A DNA stretch of 63,855 bases, the filler included, from Aduncisulcus paluster (lineage: Eukaryota): NCBI GenBank assembly GCA_024181965.1. It is 10 parts of 10 records of this genome, joined end to end, with 100 filler letters (N's around TTAATTAATTAA, not from the genome) between each part and the next. Parts side by side here need not be neighbours in the genome. Positions count along the whole stretch, not along the records: positions 1 to 20,496 come from BQXS01011063.1; positions 20,597 to 26,018 come from BQXS01011067.1; 8 more parts are not named here. One strand, 5' to 3'. The translations under genes were made by a program, and so were the position numbers. The notes under the pieces were generated by a model. It was not told the origin of the DNA, searched no databases, and saw only the letters and a list, made by a program, of their open reading frames with translations. Shown here piece after piece: positions 11,127 to 22,742 of this stretch; position 1 is the stretch's first letter, and each line of letters begins with the position of its first letter.

Positions 11127-13756
11127 ATGAGTTCATCCGGAAATATTCAAATCGTGAAACCGGAGTTTATTCATGAAGGATTTACAGATTCTTGTCCAAT
11201 TCCTCGAGATTCTCCCAATATTAAGGCTCCAAAAATCCCAACGATTAGAGCAAAGAATACAACCTGGGGGAAAGGTGATAAAAGGTATAATCAGAGTTCT
11301 GATGCACAAAAGATGATGAGAGGGGAGTGGAATGATGGATACTTTACCCATATCTCCATTCCTTTCTCATCCTCTTCTCCCATTAAAGGTGCGTATATCC
11401 ATCTCGAACGTTTTCCATCGCCGCCAACCCATCTTATCTTCACTTTTACATCTTCAAAGGGTGAGAAAATATCGAAGAAATACGAATTTCGTGAATATAA
11501 TTGGTATCTCCTTCCTATTGATCTCTCTGATGTTGTTCAATGTGTAGTCACGGGTAGAAGTGCAAAGGCTCGCTTTTTTAGGATTCTCTCGCTCGTTTTC
11601 TTTAGAGAAGAAACTCCTAAAGAAATTGTAGCCCGTGAAACCCGAGAGAAACTATGGTCTGATGCTCCAGTTGTGGTACCTGAGTTTGTTAAGGAAGGAG
11701 ATGAAGGATCCGAAGGTCGAAAATCCATTCCAATTCCCCGAGATGATCCAAAGTTTCTAAATTCTTTATTCTCAATGGTTAAATGCAAGGATGATGCGTA
11801 TTGTAAGGAGTCAAAACAGTATGATCAGAGTTCAAATGCACAAAAAATGTTACAAGGGAAAGGTTTTGTTTCCTTATCCCATCTTTCCATCCCTTTCCCA
11901 TCGCCTAGTCCAATGAAAGGTGCTTATATCTGTGTGGATAAGGATTTTAGTTCACCCTCTCTCCTCTTCACTTTCACTGATTGTGATGGTAAGAAGACAT
12001 GCAAGAAGTATGAATTCACAAGATCTAAACATGAATTTGAATGGCACTTCCTTCCTATTGATTTGAATAATGTTGTATTGTGTGAGATTGAAGGGAAAGG
12101 AACTTGGAATGAGAAGAACAATCGAGATTTCAACATCTCTTCCCTTGTTTTCCTTCGAGGTGATGATATTCCCACCTCTCCTCCTCTTCTTACTCCTGTT
12201 CCAGTTCCTCCAAGACACCCCCATCAACTTTGTCTTTGCCATCAAAATCTGTGAAAGAACTCGGAGAAGAAGAAGAATCCCGAGGAAAGAAAGGTGAATA
12301 TATTTCTTCCAAACAAACAGAAACACATCAAAAAGCCAAGGAAACCAAACAGGAAGCGGAAGAAGAAGAAAAAATCATCAATGGAAAGGATAAGGATTCA
12401 TCATCAAAAGAAACCCAAGAGGAAACTAAGTCCAAGCCCAAACCTAAGCACGACTCGCTAACCTTGACTTCTGCATCCACCATCACTTCACAGTGCATCA
12501 TTGGTCATGGTGGATTCGGAGAGGTTCTTCTTGTGAAAGTTGATGGCATTCCTTTCCCATGTGTTCTGAAGAAGATGCTTCGGATTGCGGACAAAACTGT
12601 TGTGAAAGGGTGTCGGAAGGAGTTTAAAGTGCAACTCAAGTTGTTTAACAATCCCAAATGTTTCAACCGTATCCCACGTCCTCTGTATATCCTTGACCTC
12701 CTTGATGCAGACTTCCATGGTGTGTATGGTTTCTTGATGGAATTTTGTGTTGGAGGCAGTGTGAGTTCGTTTGCAAAGAGTTGGTGTGCAGATGGCAAGT
12801 ATGTGAGTGTTGATGAGGATGAGGATGAGGCCTCTGATTCTTCCTCAAGCTCTGAGTCCTTTAATGATCCTGATTCCCCAAGTTCCACTCCCTTCAATCC
12901 CATGACACTGAATCCTGTGAAAGTCTGTTCTCTCTGTGTGGGGATGATTGAATGTCTTGATGATGTGTTTGTGGCAAAGAAATCCCTTGTTCACCGAGAC
13001 ATCAAACCTGACAACTTCCTTGTGCGTGTTGATCCCAAGGATGGCGAATGTACTGTTGTTCTCTCTGATCTTGGAATGGTCCGAATCTTGGATTCCATCT
13101 CTTCTTCAGCATCTTCCAAGTCGGCCGCTGAACCAATTTGGAGTGAGAAGAAAGAAAAGAATCAAAAACATGATAAATCCAGATGTGGAACTCTTGTGTA
13201 TAACTCTTATGAAACCCTTCTGGATGGGACTCAAACCCAAAAGAGTGATGCGTATTCTCTTGGAATGTCGATCCTTTCATTATTCTTATGTGAGCAACCT
13301 TTTGTTTCATTGCCTGCTGTCAGAGAAGTTCATAAGAAAGTTAACTTGGGAAGAGCAGATGATATTGATGTCATGAAAGTCCTTATGCGTTTGATAGAAT
13401 GTGATTTGTGTCCACGGCTTTGTCGAGTTCCTTTGTTCAAATCCTTGTTGACCATTGAAGATGGGAAATACAAAACTGTTAATGAGGTTTTCAATGAGGT
13501 TTTCACGGGTCTCATTCAGCAAGATGAAGATGCACGTATGAGTGTTCATGATGCTCGCAAGAAAGTGCAAACTATCAAATCTTTACTGCCAGAGATTGGG
13601 GAAGGGTTTGAATACCCGTCTATTGATGGTATTATCAAAGAACAAAATCGAAAACATTCTGGATTCGCTGGAGTAATTCTTGATGATTCAATAAGTGATT
13701 CAGATCTTCAAGAATCGATCAATATTCCACATGATCTTAAATCGGATCTCCTATAA
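11127..13756 (+). CDS. Two tandem ~170-aa beta-sandwich-like domains fused to a Ser/Thr protein kinase (one -1 frameshift near 12211)
   Basis: ORF 11127..12254 has two internal repeats (PIPRD..YxQSS.AQKM..G...SIPF...KGAYI...FTFT...KKYEF..W..LPIDL..V..C...SLVF). ORF 12230..13756 has the kinase motifs IGHGGFGEV, VLKK, HRDIKPDN, SDLG, GTLVYNSYE and SDAYSLG. One extra base at CCTCCAAG gives the continuous linker PVPPKTPPSTLSLPSK. Confidence 0.85.
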
Positions 13757-14087
13757 CTCCAAATTCATGACCCCATAGTTTTTCAAGGAGGCGATCTTCT
13801 TCCACCGATTGTGGAGTCTCGGAATTATTATATTGGCAAGGTTCACTCAATCTCTGATCTTGATAGCGTTGTGTCTCCTGATTCTGCTGGAGCCATGCAC
13901 GACTCAGTCATGTCCGATGAGGAATATTATCGTTTGTTGAATGGTCTTCGTGTTGACATGAGTGGAATTGAAGGAATATGAGCGGAATTGAAGGAATATG
14001 AGGGGAGATCGGCAGATGTTTGCTGTTTCCAACAAATTATTATAAAATATTTACTTTAACATTTGAATTTTGAACTTTAAATGCTCA

Positions 14088-14107
14088 AGGCTCTTATATA
14101 AGAGCCT
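14088..14107. repeat. Perfect 20-bp palindrome AGGCTCTTATATAAGAGCCT
   Basis: Self reverse-complementary; lies between the convergent kinase and TFIIE genes. Confidence 0.8.
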
Positions 14108-14317
14108 CTTATAATAGATCTCTGAGAAAATAAATTTTTGAGGTTTCAGTGAAGGATAGAATCCATCGAGTGTTCTATAAGTTCACGAAAAGAAACAAGC
14201 AAGGTGATGAATCATCAGTGATGATAATAGACATATAAGCAACATATATTATATTATATTATATGAAAGATTATGATATTAATTAGCGTGAAGCATAAAG
14301 CAGATTTCTGAATAAAT

Positions 14318-16233
14318 TCAATCGAACCAATCTCCTTCTTCTTCCGTTTCCGATGATTCTTCCTTTTGCTGTGGCTGGGTATCTTCATGTCGATCAGTTG
14401 GAATAAACTCTTGTTTCACCTCCTCAAGCATCACAACGGGAGGAACTTCTTCTTCCACAGGTATCTCTTCTTCTTCGGCTATGGATTCTCCTTTGGAAGC
14501 ATATATGGAGAGAATATCACCCATCCCAACAATGTTTGAAGAAGAAGAAGAAGAGGAGGAGGAGGAGGAAGAGGAGGTTTTATCGATTTGGTCCTTAAAT
14601 TTCTCATGAAGTCGACTCAAAACATTTTTACGGATATTTCGGCCAATATCAATGCTCGTCACCTCATCTTTCCGCATAAATGCCCGAATATCGGCTCCAA
14701 GAACAGAATGTCGTTTTTTACCGGTCATATTAGCAAGTGTGGATGAGGATGAGCTTCCGTGTCTGGCTCCAGGAATAGACGCCTGCTTCAATAGTTTCCT
14801 TCCAGCAAAGCACCCAAACCATAGGGGAATGTCATCAATATCTCCTTCGTCTGGTTCAGTTTCAGCTCGTTTTCCCACAGAGGAGTCAATTTCATCAAAA
14901 TGTCGTCTCTTCTTCCGTCGCTTACTCAAAAAGGAGTGAGTATGACTCAAATGTTTTTCTTCCTTACTTAGCTGACCTGCGAGAAGAACATAATCATTTT
15001 CTTCGTCGTCTGAGGTTTCTTCTTCCGACTGATCTTCCTCTTCTGTCTTTGTAGCAGCCTTTCTTGCAGACAAATATGTTTTCTCCTCTTCTTTGCGCCG
15101 AGTTTGTTTCGTCTTTTCTTCAGCTTTTTTCCCTATATCATAAAGATCTTGGGGCAATCTAGGGGNNNNNNNNNNNNNNNNNNNNGTATGACTCAAATGT
15201 TTTTCTTCCTTACTTAGCTGACCTGCGAGAAGAACATAATCATTTTCTTCGTCGTCTGAGGTTTCTTCTTCCGACTGATCTTCCTCTTCTGTCTTTGTAG
15301 CAGCCTTTCTTGCAGACAAATATGTTTTCTCCTCTTCTTTGCGCCGAGTTTGTTTCGTCTTTTCTTCAGCTTTTTCCCTATATCATAAAGATCTTGGGGC
15401 AATCTAGGGGAGTCAAAATTAACAATTAATCCATTCTCTTGTCGTCTCCCACTTAGGAGTCCTATTTCCATTAAATTCGACTTATTATACTCACTGTGGA
15501 TGTGCATTTGAACATGATCGTGGAAATCAGATGGTTTTCGGGCCAGATCAAGGCAATCGTTACACATGTTGATTAGAACTGTTAAAGTTTGACGAGCAGA
15601 ACTATGTTGGGGATTAGGACCACCGACGATTAACTTTCCACCACATTCGGGGCATCTAAACCGACTCAAACGCTCTCTTACCTCGGGATCTGTTGACCTG
15701 TACTCTCTATGTTTCAAATTCTGTTCAATATATTCCCGTTTGCTTATTGGTTCAGCGTCACATTCTGAACAATATAATAACTTTTCTTTCTCATGTGTGG
15801 GAGTATCTTTTTCTTTTTCCTTCAACATGGAATCCATTCTCTCAAGTCTGTGAGAAACACAGTTCAAAAACTCAGCAAAATCAAGGTAACAGTATGCAGT
15901 ATTAATACCTCTCTGTTCAGCTTCTTCTTCTTTTTCAATAGGATCTATCGAGGAATCATATTTGGAGGAATAAGGCGTGGCAAAATCATCTCTGGAACTC
16001 CTTTTTTGACGAAAACCATCAGGACCTTTAACCATTCGCAATAAACCATCTCGCCTCAAATTATTCAATGCATCTTTAACAAGTTTTTCACTTTCAATAT
16101 GTAATTTACCTTTGATAGCCTCGATACTCATCTTATATTCAGATCTAAGAAGTAATGAGAGAATCTCATATTCCACAAGGTTGTAAAATGTAAGCCCTAT
16201 ACGTTTAACAAATTTTTCTACGATATCTACCAT
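14318..16233 (-). CDS. GTF2E1: General transcription factor TFIIE alpha subunit; reconstructed as 16233..15411 + 15165..14318, ~556 aa
   Basis: N-terminal winged helix (FVKRIGLTFY...ILSLLLR...LNNLRRDGLL), YCYLDFAEFLNCVSHRLERM, zinc ribbon YCSEC...FRCPECGGKL, acidic tail. 14940-15165 is duplicated at 15186-15410 across a gap, and the second copy has T5 instead of T6. Confidence 0.85.
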
Positions 16234-16428
16234 TGTAAAATGGTATATACAGAAGAAAAGAACGAGTTTCAAATTAAAGGGAATATATCCAATAGAATGT
16301 TGATTTGGTATTATTTTTTCAGATAAAATAGTATAATAATACAAAAATCTAAATTTAAAAATGATGATTTTAAATATTAAAGAAAATAGACAGCCTTTTC
16401 TTTCGAGCCTCGAGAATCCTGTGTTTTG

Positions 16429-19400
16429 ATGGAAGAGCTTAGAAATGGAGAAGTCCATGTGGCTCTTGCTACAAACTTTGGTCTGGCACAGAACTCCCCA
16501 GATAATATTTACTATGTTTTGACTCAAGCAAACATTTGTAGATTGATGGGGAATTATCAAGCCTCTGTTCAGCTCTATATTGATGTAATCGCAGGTATGC
16601 CAAATCCCCATCCAGAAGTTTTTGTTGGAGCTGCCAGTTGTATGCTTCATTTAAATCAAATTATACTTGCAAAGAAGTTTTGTGATTATGCTCTTGAATT
16701 AAACGCACAATGTGTCTCAGGTCACTTATTACTTGCAGCCATTTATATTAATATGAATGATAAAACTCAAAAGAATATGTTAAAAGCTTTAGAGCATTGT
16801 TCACGAGTCCATTCCCTCTTAGTTGATCCTGAGATGTCAAAAAGGTTCCAAATCATGTATTCTAGTGAAGAATTGTCACAAATGGAATTTTCTACCTTTT
16901 TAACTCAATGTATTGCCCTCCGTAGGATTGGTCGTCTCCATAAGGCCAATGATATTGCTATGAAGGCTTTTAATCTCTACCAATCCACTTTAAAACGTTC
17001 AAGTCTTCATCAAAAACTCTTTAAATTATCTGTACAAACCCCTACTTACGTTCTTGAGGTGGCTTACCTTTTCCTTCTCAGGGCTCAAATCGTGCACAGT
17101 GGATCCCACCAAATATCTTCGCTTCGACAGGCCGCAGCCACTGCAAGCAATTTGTATACCCAAGCCGAACAATATTTTGCGACTCATTCTATCACGATTC
17201 CCCCTTCCTTCAAAAATTCCATCCTCCTTGGACAGGCAAGGTGTGCGTTGTGTGTTGGAGATGATTCCAAGACTTTAGAGTGTTTGAATAAGATGGAACT
17301 GCGTGCAGATGTTACCACAAATACAAGTTGTGCCAAGAATATCCTCCTATACACTCTGACCTTCTCCAAGGCAGTTGTAAGGATTCTCGAGATCAGAGGA
17401 AAGTATTCAGGTTCTGCTGATGCTCGTGCTGAGGTCTCTTCTGTTGTTCAGGGAGTCAGTGAAGGATTGCGTGTGTTGGAGAGGGAATGGTCTCGTTCTA
17501 CGTATCTACAACGTCCTTCCCTCAGTCTTTTGCTCGCTGTGGGTGCTTATATTGTTCAGAAAAACAAGTTACTCAATTCAAATTGCATATATTTACTCCG
17601 TATTCTTGGTCTTGTCTCTAATGATCCTGAATCCAAGTCTGCTAACAATTGGAAAGTCAATTTAGATTGGGATTACTCGCAATGGGATACCTATTTGCAT
17701 GAATATGTCAAGAACGAGACCAAAAAGGTGAGATTCCAGTCTGAAGATGTTTCAGTATCCTCCAAACCCCAAGAGGAAGAGGAAGAAGAGGATGAAATGA
17801 TTATTCATCCAGTATTATCCATAGTCACAAAGAGTATCCTTCCTGAAATTGTGCATAACGCTGCCCTTAGTGAGTTTAACCTTGCTCGGGAGACCCATAA
17901 ACATTCAATTTCAAAAGCAATCGATCTTGCACGACTATCTTTATTGTTACGAAAGAGAGAAGCTTCTTCGAAGGGTGAAACAAGCTCTGATAAGGAGACA
18001 GAAGAAGAGGAGAGGGAATCTACTGAAGATGTTGAATTATTTGATCCCATTTCGTGGTCTGTGAAAGCTTCTGTCCTTGTATCTGATGATCTTGACAGCT
18101 CTATCGCATCCCTTGCGACAAATATCCTTACCGCATTCCCTTTAACTCCATCGTCACTGCCTACACACTTGATATACGCATACATGCTCGCATTTGCAAG
18201 TCACCAATCCGATGTAGTTTCTAAAAATAGATCCCTGGGTGAGAATGAAGGGACTATTGTTCACTATGTTGCCAATTCTCTTCCTTTCAGTGTTAGATCT
18301 GCCTTTACCAAGACTCAGCTCACTCCCACATCACCTTTGTCTTTATTGAGTCTTGCTCTCCTCATTCGCATTGTTGAACGCTTTCCATCTTCCTCCCAGG
18401 CCATCTTGCTGACCCATCACATTGCATCCTACCTCAGGGATAGTCAGCAGATGCATAACATGAGGAAACTAATGGTCTCGCAGTCCACTCTCGACGTATC
18501 CTTCGCCTATACCCAGTTCTTTGATATTATTTCTAAGGGACGTATTAGAGAAGGTATGGATATTATCACAAGGACCACCGAGGGAGCTTCAATTGACTCG
18601 CATGTCATGTCCAGGCTTAAGAAGGACAATCCACCAAGACAGTCCACTTCGAGAGGATTTCCTGCTGATGTTGACAGCGAGATATTGAGTCTATACTTTG
18701 GGTCTAACTTGGTTATCGCTGCCGAGTGCATGAGACTGTTTAATCAGCTTCGTCTTGCCTCGTTATCGTGTAAACAAATGTCTGATGATCTCTTCAATGA
18801 TTTCAAGCCACATCCTGAGGATTCTAAAGAAATCCGTCTGAATAAGAAATCATGCAGTGATATTCATCCTCTTCATGATGACCGTGAATTCCGTTTAGTC
18901 GTGAGTTCTAAACTTAAGAGCTTGTATGGAATCTGTTCTGACAAGGCTCTGTTCACGATGTGTTCTGCATGCCACTCACCATATCTATCCCATTCGCAAC
19001 CCATGGCAGTCATCTCCTTGGATTATCAGTGCATCCGGATCCATCAAGAAGCAAGGTCTGCCGATATTTATTCTAACTTCATCCTGAGCTCTCGACGTGG
19101 ACGATGGGCTAGGTTTCACAGAGCTATTTCTTACAGTGTTAGTCATCGTTTCGAGGAAGCTGAGAAGGATCTTTTCGAGATAATTTCCAGTGGTTACCGT
19201 GAATGTATTCTTCATGGACTTTCTGGAAGGGATGCCCAGCCCCCCTTCGATGTTCTCATGGTTCTTGCGTTCACATTCCATGATGCCAAGAAGTATCGTG
19301 AATGTCTGATGGTGTGCCTGTGGATGTGGAAACTCTACCCCGGTGTGCCTGGAATCATGTCAAACACTCTGGTTGCTTTGCATGAAATGGCAAGAAGAAT

Positions 19401-20496
19401 GACGAAGGAAGGCGAGTCTCTGAACAAACTTATAAGCCTTAAGAGTGGAAGTAGAAAGCTTAGTGATGAACAAGAAAGTAAGGTTTCTCAGTTTTTGAAT
19501 AGGTTACAAATTCCATTTATTGAGAAAGTTGAGGAGAGCATCAGGAATGATGCGAGTATCATAGCAGATACTTTGTTGCAGGTCGCTGACTGTAAATTCT
19601 GGTCCAGTGCCAGGTACGAACAGGTGTTGGGTGCCCATCTGCCAACCATAAAACTCAAGGAAGAAACTAAGCACAATTCTGAACTTACTGCTGACCAGAA
19701 AGCTGAGAAACTCAAGGATATCCCCGCTGAAAAACCCTCTGAAGATATCAGAATCGATGTCGCTCAGTGTGAGTATCTCCAAAATATTTTTGAGAAAGAG
19801 GTCAATCTATTTTTAGACAAGGCTATTGCTGAGAAATTTGGGACCTCGTCTGTGTCCGTAGAACATCAGGCCGAAGAGACCAAACCCCTCGACGAGCCAA
19901 TGGATGACGAGGAAATGGATGTTGACTTTGGATTTGAAGAAGAAGAAGATCAACATCAACAAGATGCGAAAGAAGAAGAAGAAGAGGTTGAGAACAAGGG
20001 AGAAGAGAAAGAAGAAGAGAAAGATCGTGCTCATGAGATTAAATTCCAGCGTTCTAATCTTCTCCAGAGTCTTCTCGTAAGTTCTGAGGTCTTTGGGGTG
20101 TTCAATAAGTTTAGTAGTCAATCAAAGAATGCTGAGCATAGCCAGTTCAGATTTCTGCCTCTTGAAGACACTTGTTCTATTTATGGAACATGTAAACTCT
20201 CAAATGCCATTATGCTCGATCGCTTCATGTTGATGCGTCCAGATAAGATTCAAACCCTGAGAAACAAGTGTGTTCCGATCTCTCTCAAACGGTTGAAGGA
20301 CACTGTATCCAGCTCCTCGATTAAATCCAGAGGTGTTGGAGCCGGTGAGATTGGATTGCATTTCGAGGAATTGCTTGCTCAGAAGAAAGAAGAAGAGAGG
20401 AGAATGGCGGAAGAGAAGGAGAGGATGATCGAAGAGAAACAGATCCAGCTCATGGATGAGAAAGAAAGCTTTAAGAATGTTGGAACTAAGACTCAG
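16429..20496 (+). CDS. CTR9: TPR protein, CTR9-like (PAF1 complex scaffold); 3' end truncated by contig end
   Basis: FGLAQNSPDNIYYVLTQANICRLMGNYQASVQLY...PNPHPEVFVGAASCMLHLNQIILAKKFCDYALELNAQCV matches the CTR9 TPR region as recalled (FVLNQSPNNIPALLGKACI...[40 protein letters not shown]); charged coiled-coil tail. Confidence 0.7.
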
Positions 20497-20596
20497 NNNN
20501 NNNNNNNNNNNNNNNNNNNNNNNNNNNNNNNNNNNNNNNNTTAATTAATTAANNNNNNNNNNNNNNNNNNNNNNNNNNNNNNNNNNNNNNNNNNNN
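20497..20596. other. Artificial contig spacer N44-TTAATTAATTAA-N44; also at 26019, 30195, 35370, 39600, 44544, 48975, 53914 and 59191 (each 100 nt)
   Basis: Identical six-frame-stop linker repeated nine times between N runs. Confidence 0.98.
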
Positions 20597-20943
20597 TCTG
20601 AGAAACTCACGCCGGTGGTCGCTTTATATTTCTCGAATTTGTCAACAAACGTTCTATAGTCATCCCGACTACATGATTTTAACAAAGGTTTAGTAGGTGC
20701 AGTAACGATTTTTTCCGTCATTTTCTTTGTCCCTGGCTCAGTTTTGACAATGTCTTTTTCTCGACCCATTCCCAGATTTTTTTTTGCAAAGGCTGATATA
20801 ATATCACCTGGAATATCCGAAGACAATAAGTCCCATAATAATCGAGTTCGATCTTCTGGTGTAAGTGTTTTCCCGGAAAATTTGTTTTCCTGTAAGGCCG
20901 CAGCTTTTTCCGTTAAGGATAAAGTGATTTTTGGATAAGACAT
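20597..20943 (-). mobile_element. Gag-like ORF N-terminus (LTR retrotransposon), truncated by contig end
   Basis: KPLLKSCSRDDYRTFVDKFEKYKATTG shares the P-x-L...F...F..Y...G motif with the gag at 47259, which is linked to a CCHC knuckle and protease. Confidence 0.5.
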
Positions 20944-21204
20944 TTTGTTTTGTGTTATGGTAAAATATTATTTTGCCTGATTGTTTTTAGTATAATAATT
21001 TAAGAAAAAATTGGTCAATTTCTTCTCGAATGATAGTTAAGAATTTAAATTCTGTAATAAGGCCAACTCAAACAATGTTGCTGTGAGCAAGTTTATTCGT
21101 TATGATCGATTGTTCAAGGGGGTCAAGTTCCCTGCATACAACTTCCCCTGACATACCCTGACCTAGGTCATACCAAAATATCAGTTTTATAATAAATCTT
21201 AAGT

Positions 21205-21320
21205 TAAAATATTTACTTTATAAATTTCTTAAATTATTTCAAACAAAAAAACAAAAAATCGTTGGGGACCCCCCCTTTTTTTACAAAGAAAACAGAAATA
21301 CAGGGGGGTCATCGGGGGGA
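21205..21320 (-). repeat. Copy 1 of a ~120-160-bp element upstream of a gag-like ORF (inverted relative to 24681-24843)
   Basis: TAAAATATTTACTTTATAAATTT...AAAAATCGTTGGGGACC...AAACAG.AATACAGGGGGGTCA.CGGGGG is the reverse complement of 24681-24843. Confidence 0.85.
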
Positions 21321-22742
21321 GGAGCAGGAACTAAAACAATTAAAGATGATGATGATGACTGGGAACCACTCGTGGAGGCCAGAATCAGAACCTTGAACGA
21401 TGGCAGTATGATCCATAAAGGAGAATTCCACTGGTTGAAAAGCTGAATCTGTTGGTTGATCAAGATCGCCCACACCAGAAGCAAGATGAGATACAACAGT
21501 GGAGGTTGGAGTTAAAGCATGACTTTGAGGTAATTCTCGCTCAAAACTTTGAGGGACTTTAAATTGGATCTCTTTCGAGATCCAGGAGTCGTTTTGGTGT
21601 TATATTAATTAAGTAGATAAGGTGTGTGTATATTAAAGTTGGCCTTCATTCACTTCCCTATTTTTATTTTTCTGAGAAACTCTTTGTTTTCGAGAAATTT
21701 GGTTTTTTTTCGTTTCCAGATTTTGGCCGCCTTTTTAGTATACAGGAGCATATTAATGGATAGTATCGTATAATATAGTATATTGCATTGTATAGTAGTA
21801 CAGTATAGTAGAGAAATGTATTGTTGTTTTTGGGTTGATTTTCGTTGTGTTTCGTGTGTTATGGAATGTGCAGAGCAAATCGAAATGGTCTGGAAATCGG
21901 ATACATGTGCAATCTCTCAAAAAATCAGAATTATTATAGAATAATAAAAATATACACTTTAAATAATCTAAAATAAATATTTTATTTCATTATAAACGAA
22001 GAAAAATGCAAAACAATCGAGCACAATTTTGCAACATCTGTACATACCTTTTCATCAAAATTGGGTACCAATGCAAATAGACGAATTAAGGGATCATACG
22101 GAGACAACAGAAAAATTAATAATTTCCCAGACCGATATAATCATGCTTCACTGTATACAGCACAAATCTCTGGTGCAGAGTGACAAGGATATAGTAAGAT
22201 TTAGAAGGAATCATGCCCACTGCCTTAAGGCTTATAAATCAGCAGTTAAAATCAATCATTTAGAAAGAACTCCTATAAACAGATGGATTGTAGCCATTGA
22301 TGGTATCCCTTGGTTTTCCCTTTTTTCTTCAGTATCGTGACCAAAACGGAGAAGTTTTTGTTAGAATAATAGACGCTCCAAGGAAGTTTAAAAGATTGGC
22401 CGTATATTATATCATCTATCGTGAAACCGATATTTATAGCAATATTTCGTTTGAAAGTGTTAAGAGAACCGCGTTAGAGGAATATCACCGAATCTGTGAT
22501 TCCGAGCTGGTAGAGAGTGATCTTGTGTCAATCAGAACATCTTATCCATCTTTAAGGATGATACCTAATACCCAATACCAAGATCATTCAAGTAGAGATA
22601 CTGTATCTGCGGACAATAATGAATTTATTCATCTTTTCCAACCTCAGGTTGAAATGGAGGCTCCATTAGATTCTTATGGGACGCCGGGTTTGGTGCTGAG
22701 CCACTTTTTGTATGATACAAATAGTATTAGATTGATCATCAG

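Noticed and set aside
13754-13756. TAA/TAG reassigned to Gln (hexamitid-type code), suggested by the open frame after the kinase TAA
   Set aside because: Long conserved genes (RPB1, CTR9, eIF2-gamma) have no in-frame TAA/TAG, and eIF2-gamma ends at TAG at the expected position, so the standard code fits.
4206-15410. Tandem gene duplications at the three 20-N gaps
   Set aside because: Near-exact overlaps on either side of fixed-size gaps; removing them restores single intact ORFs.
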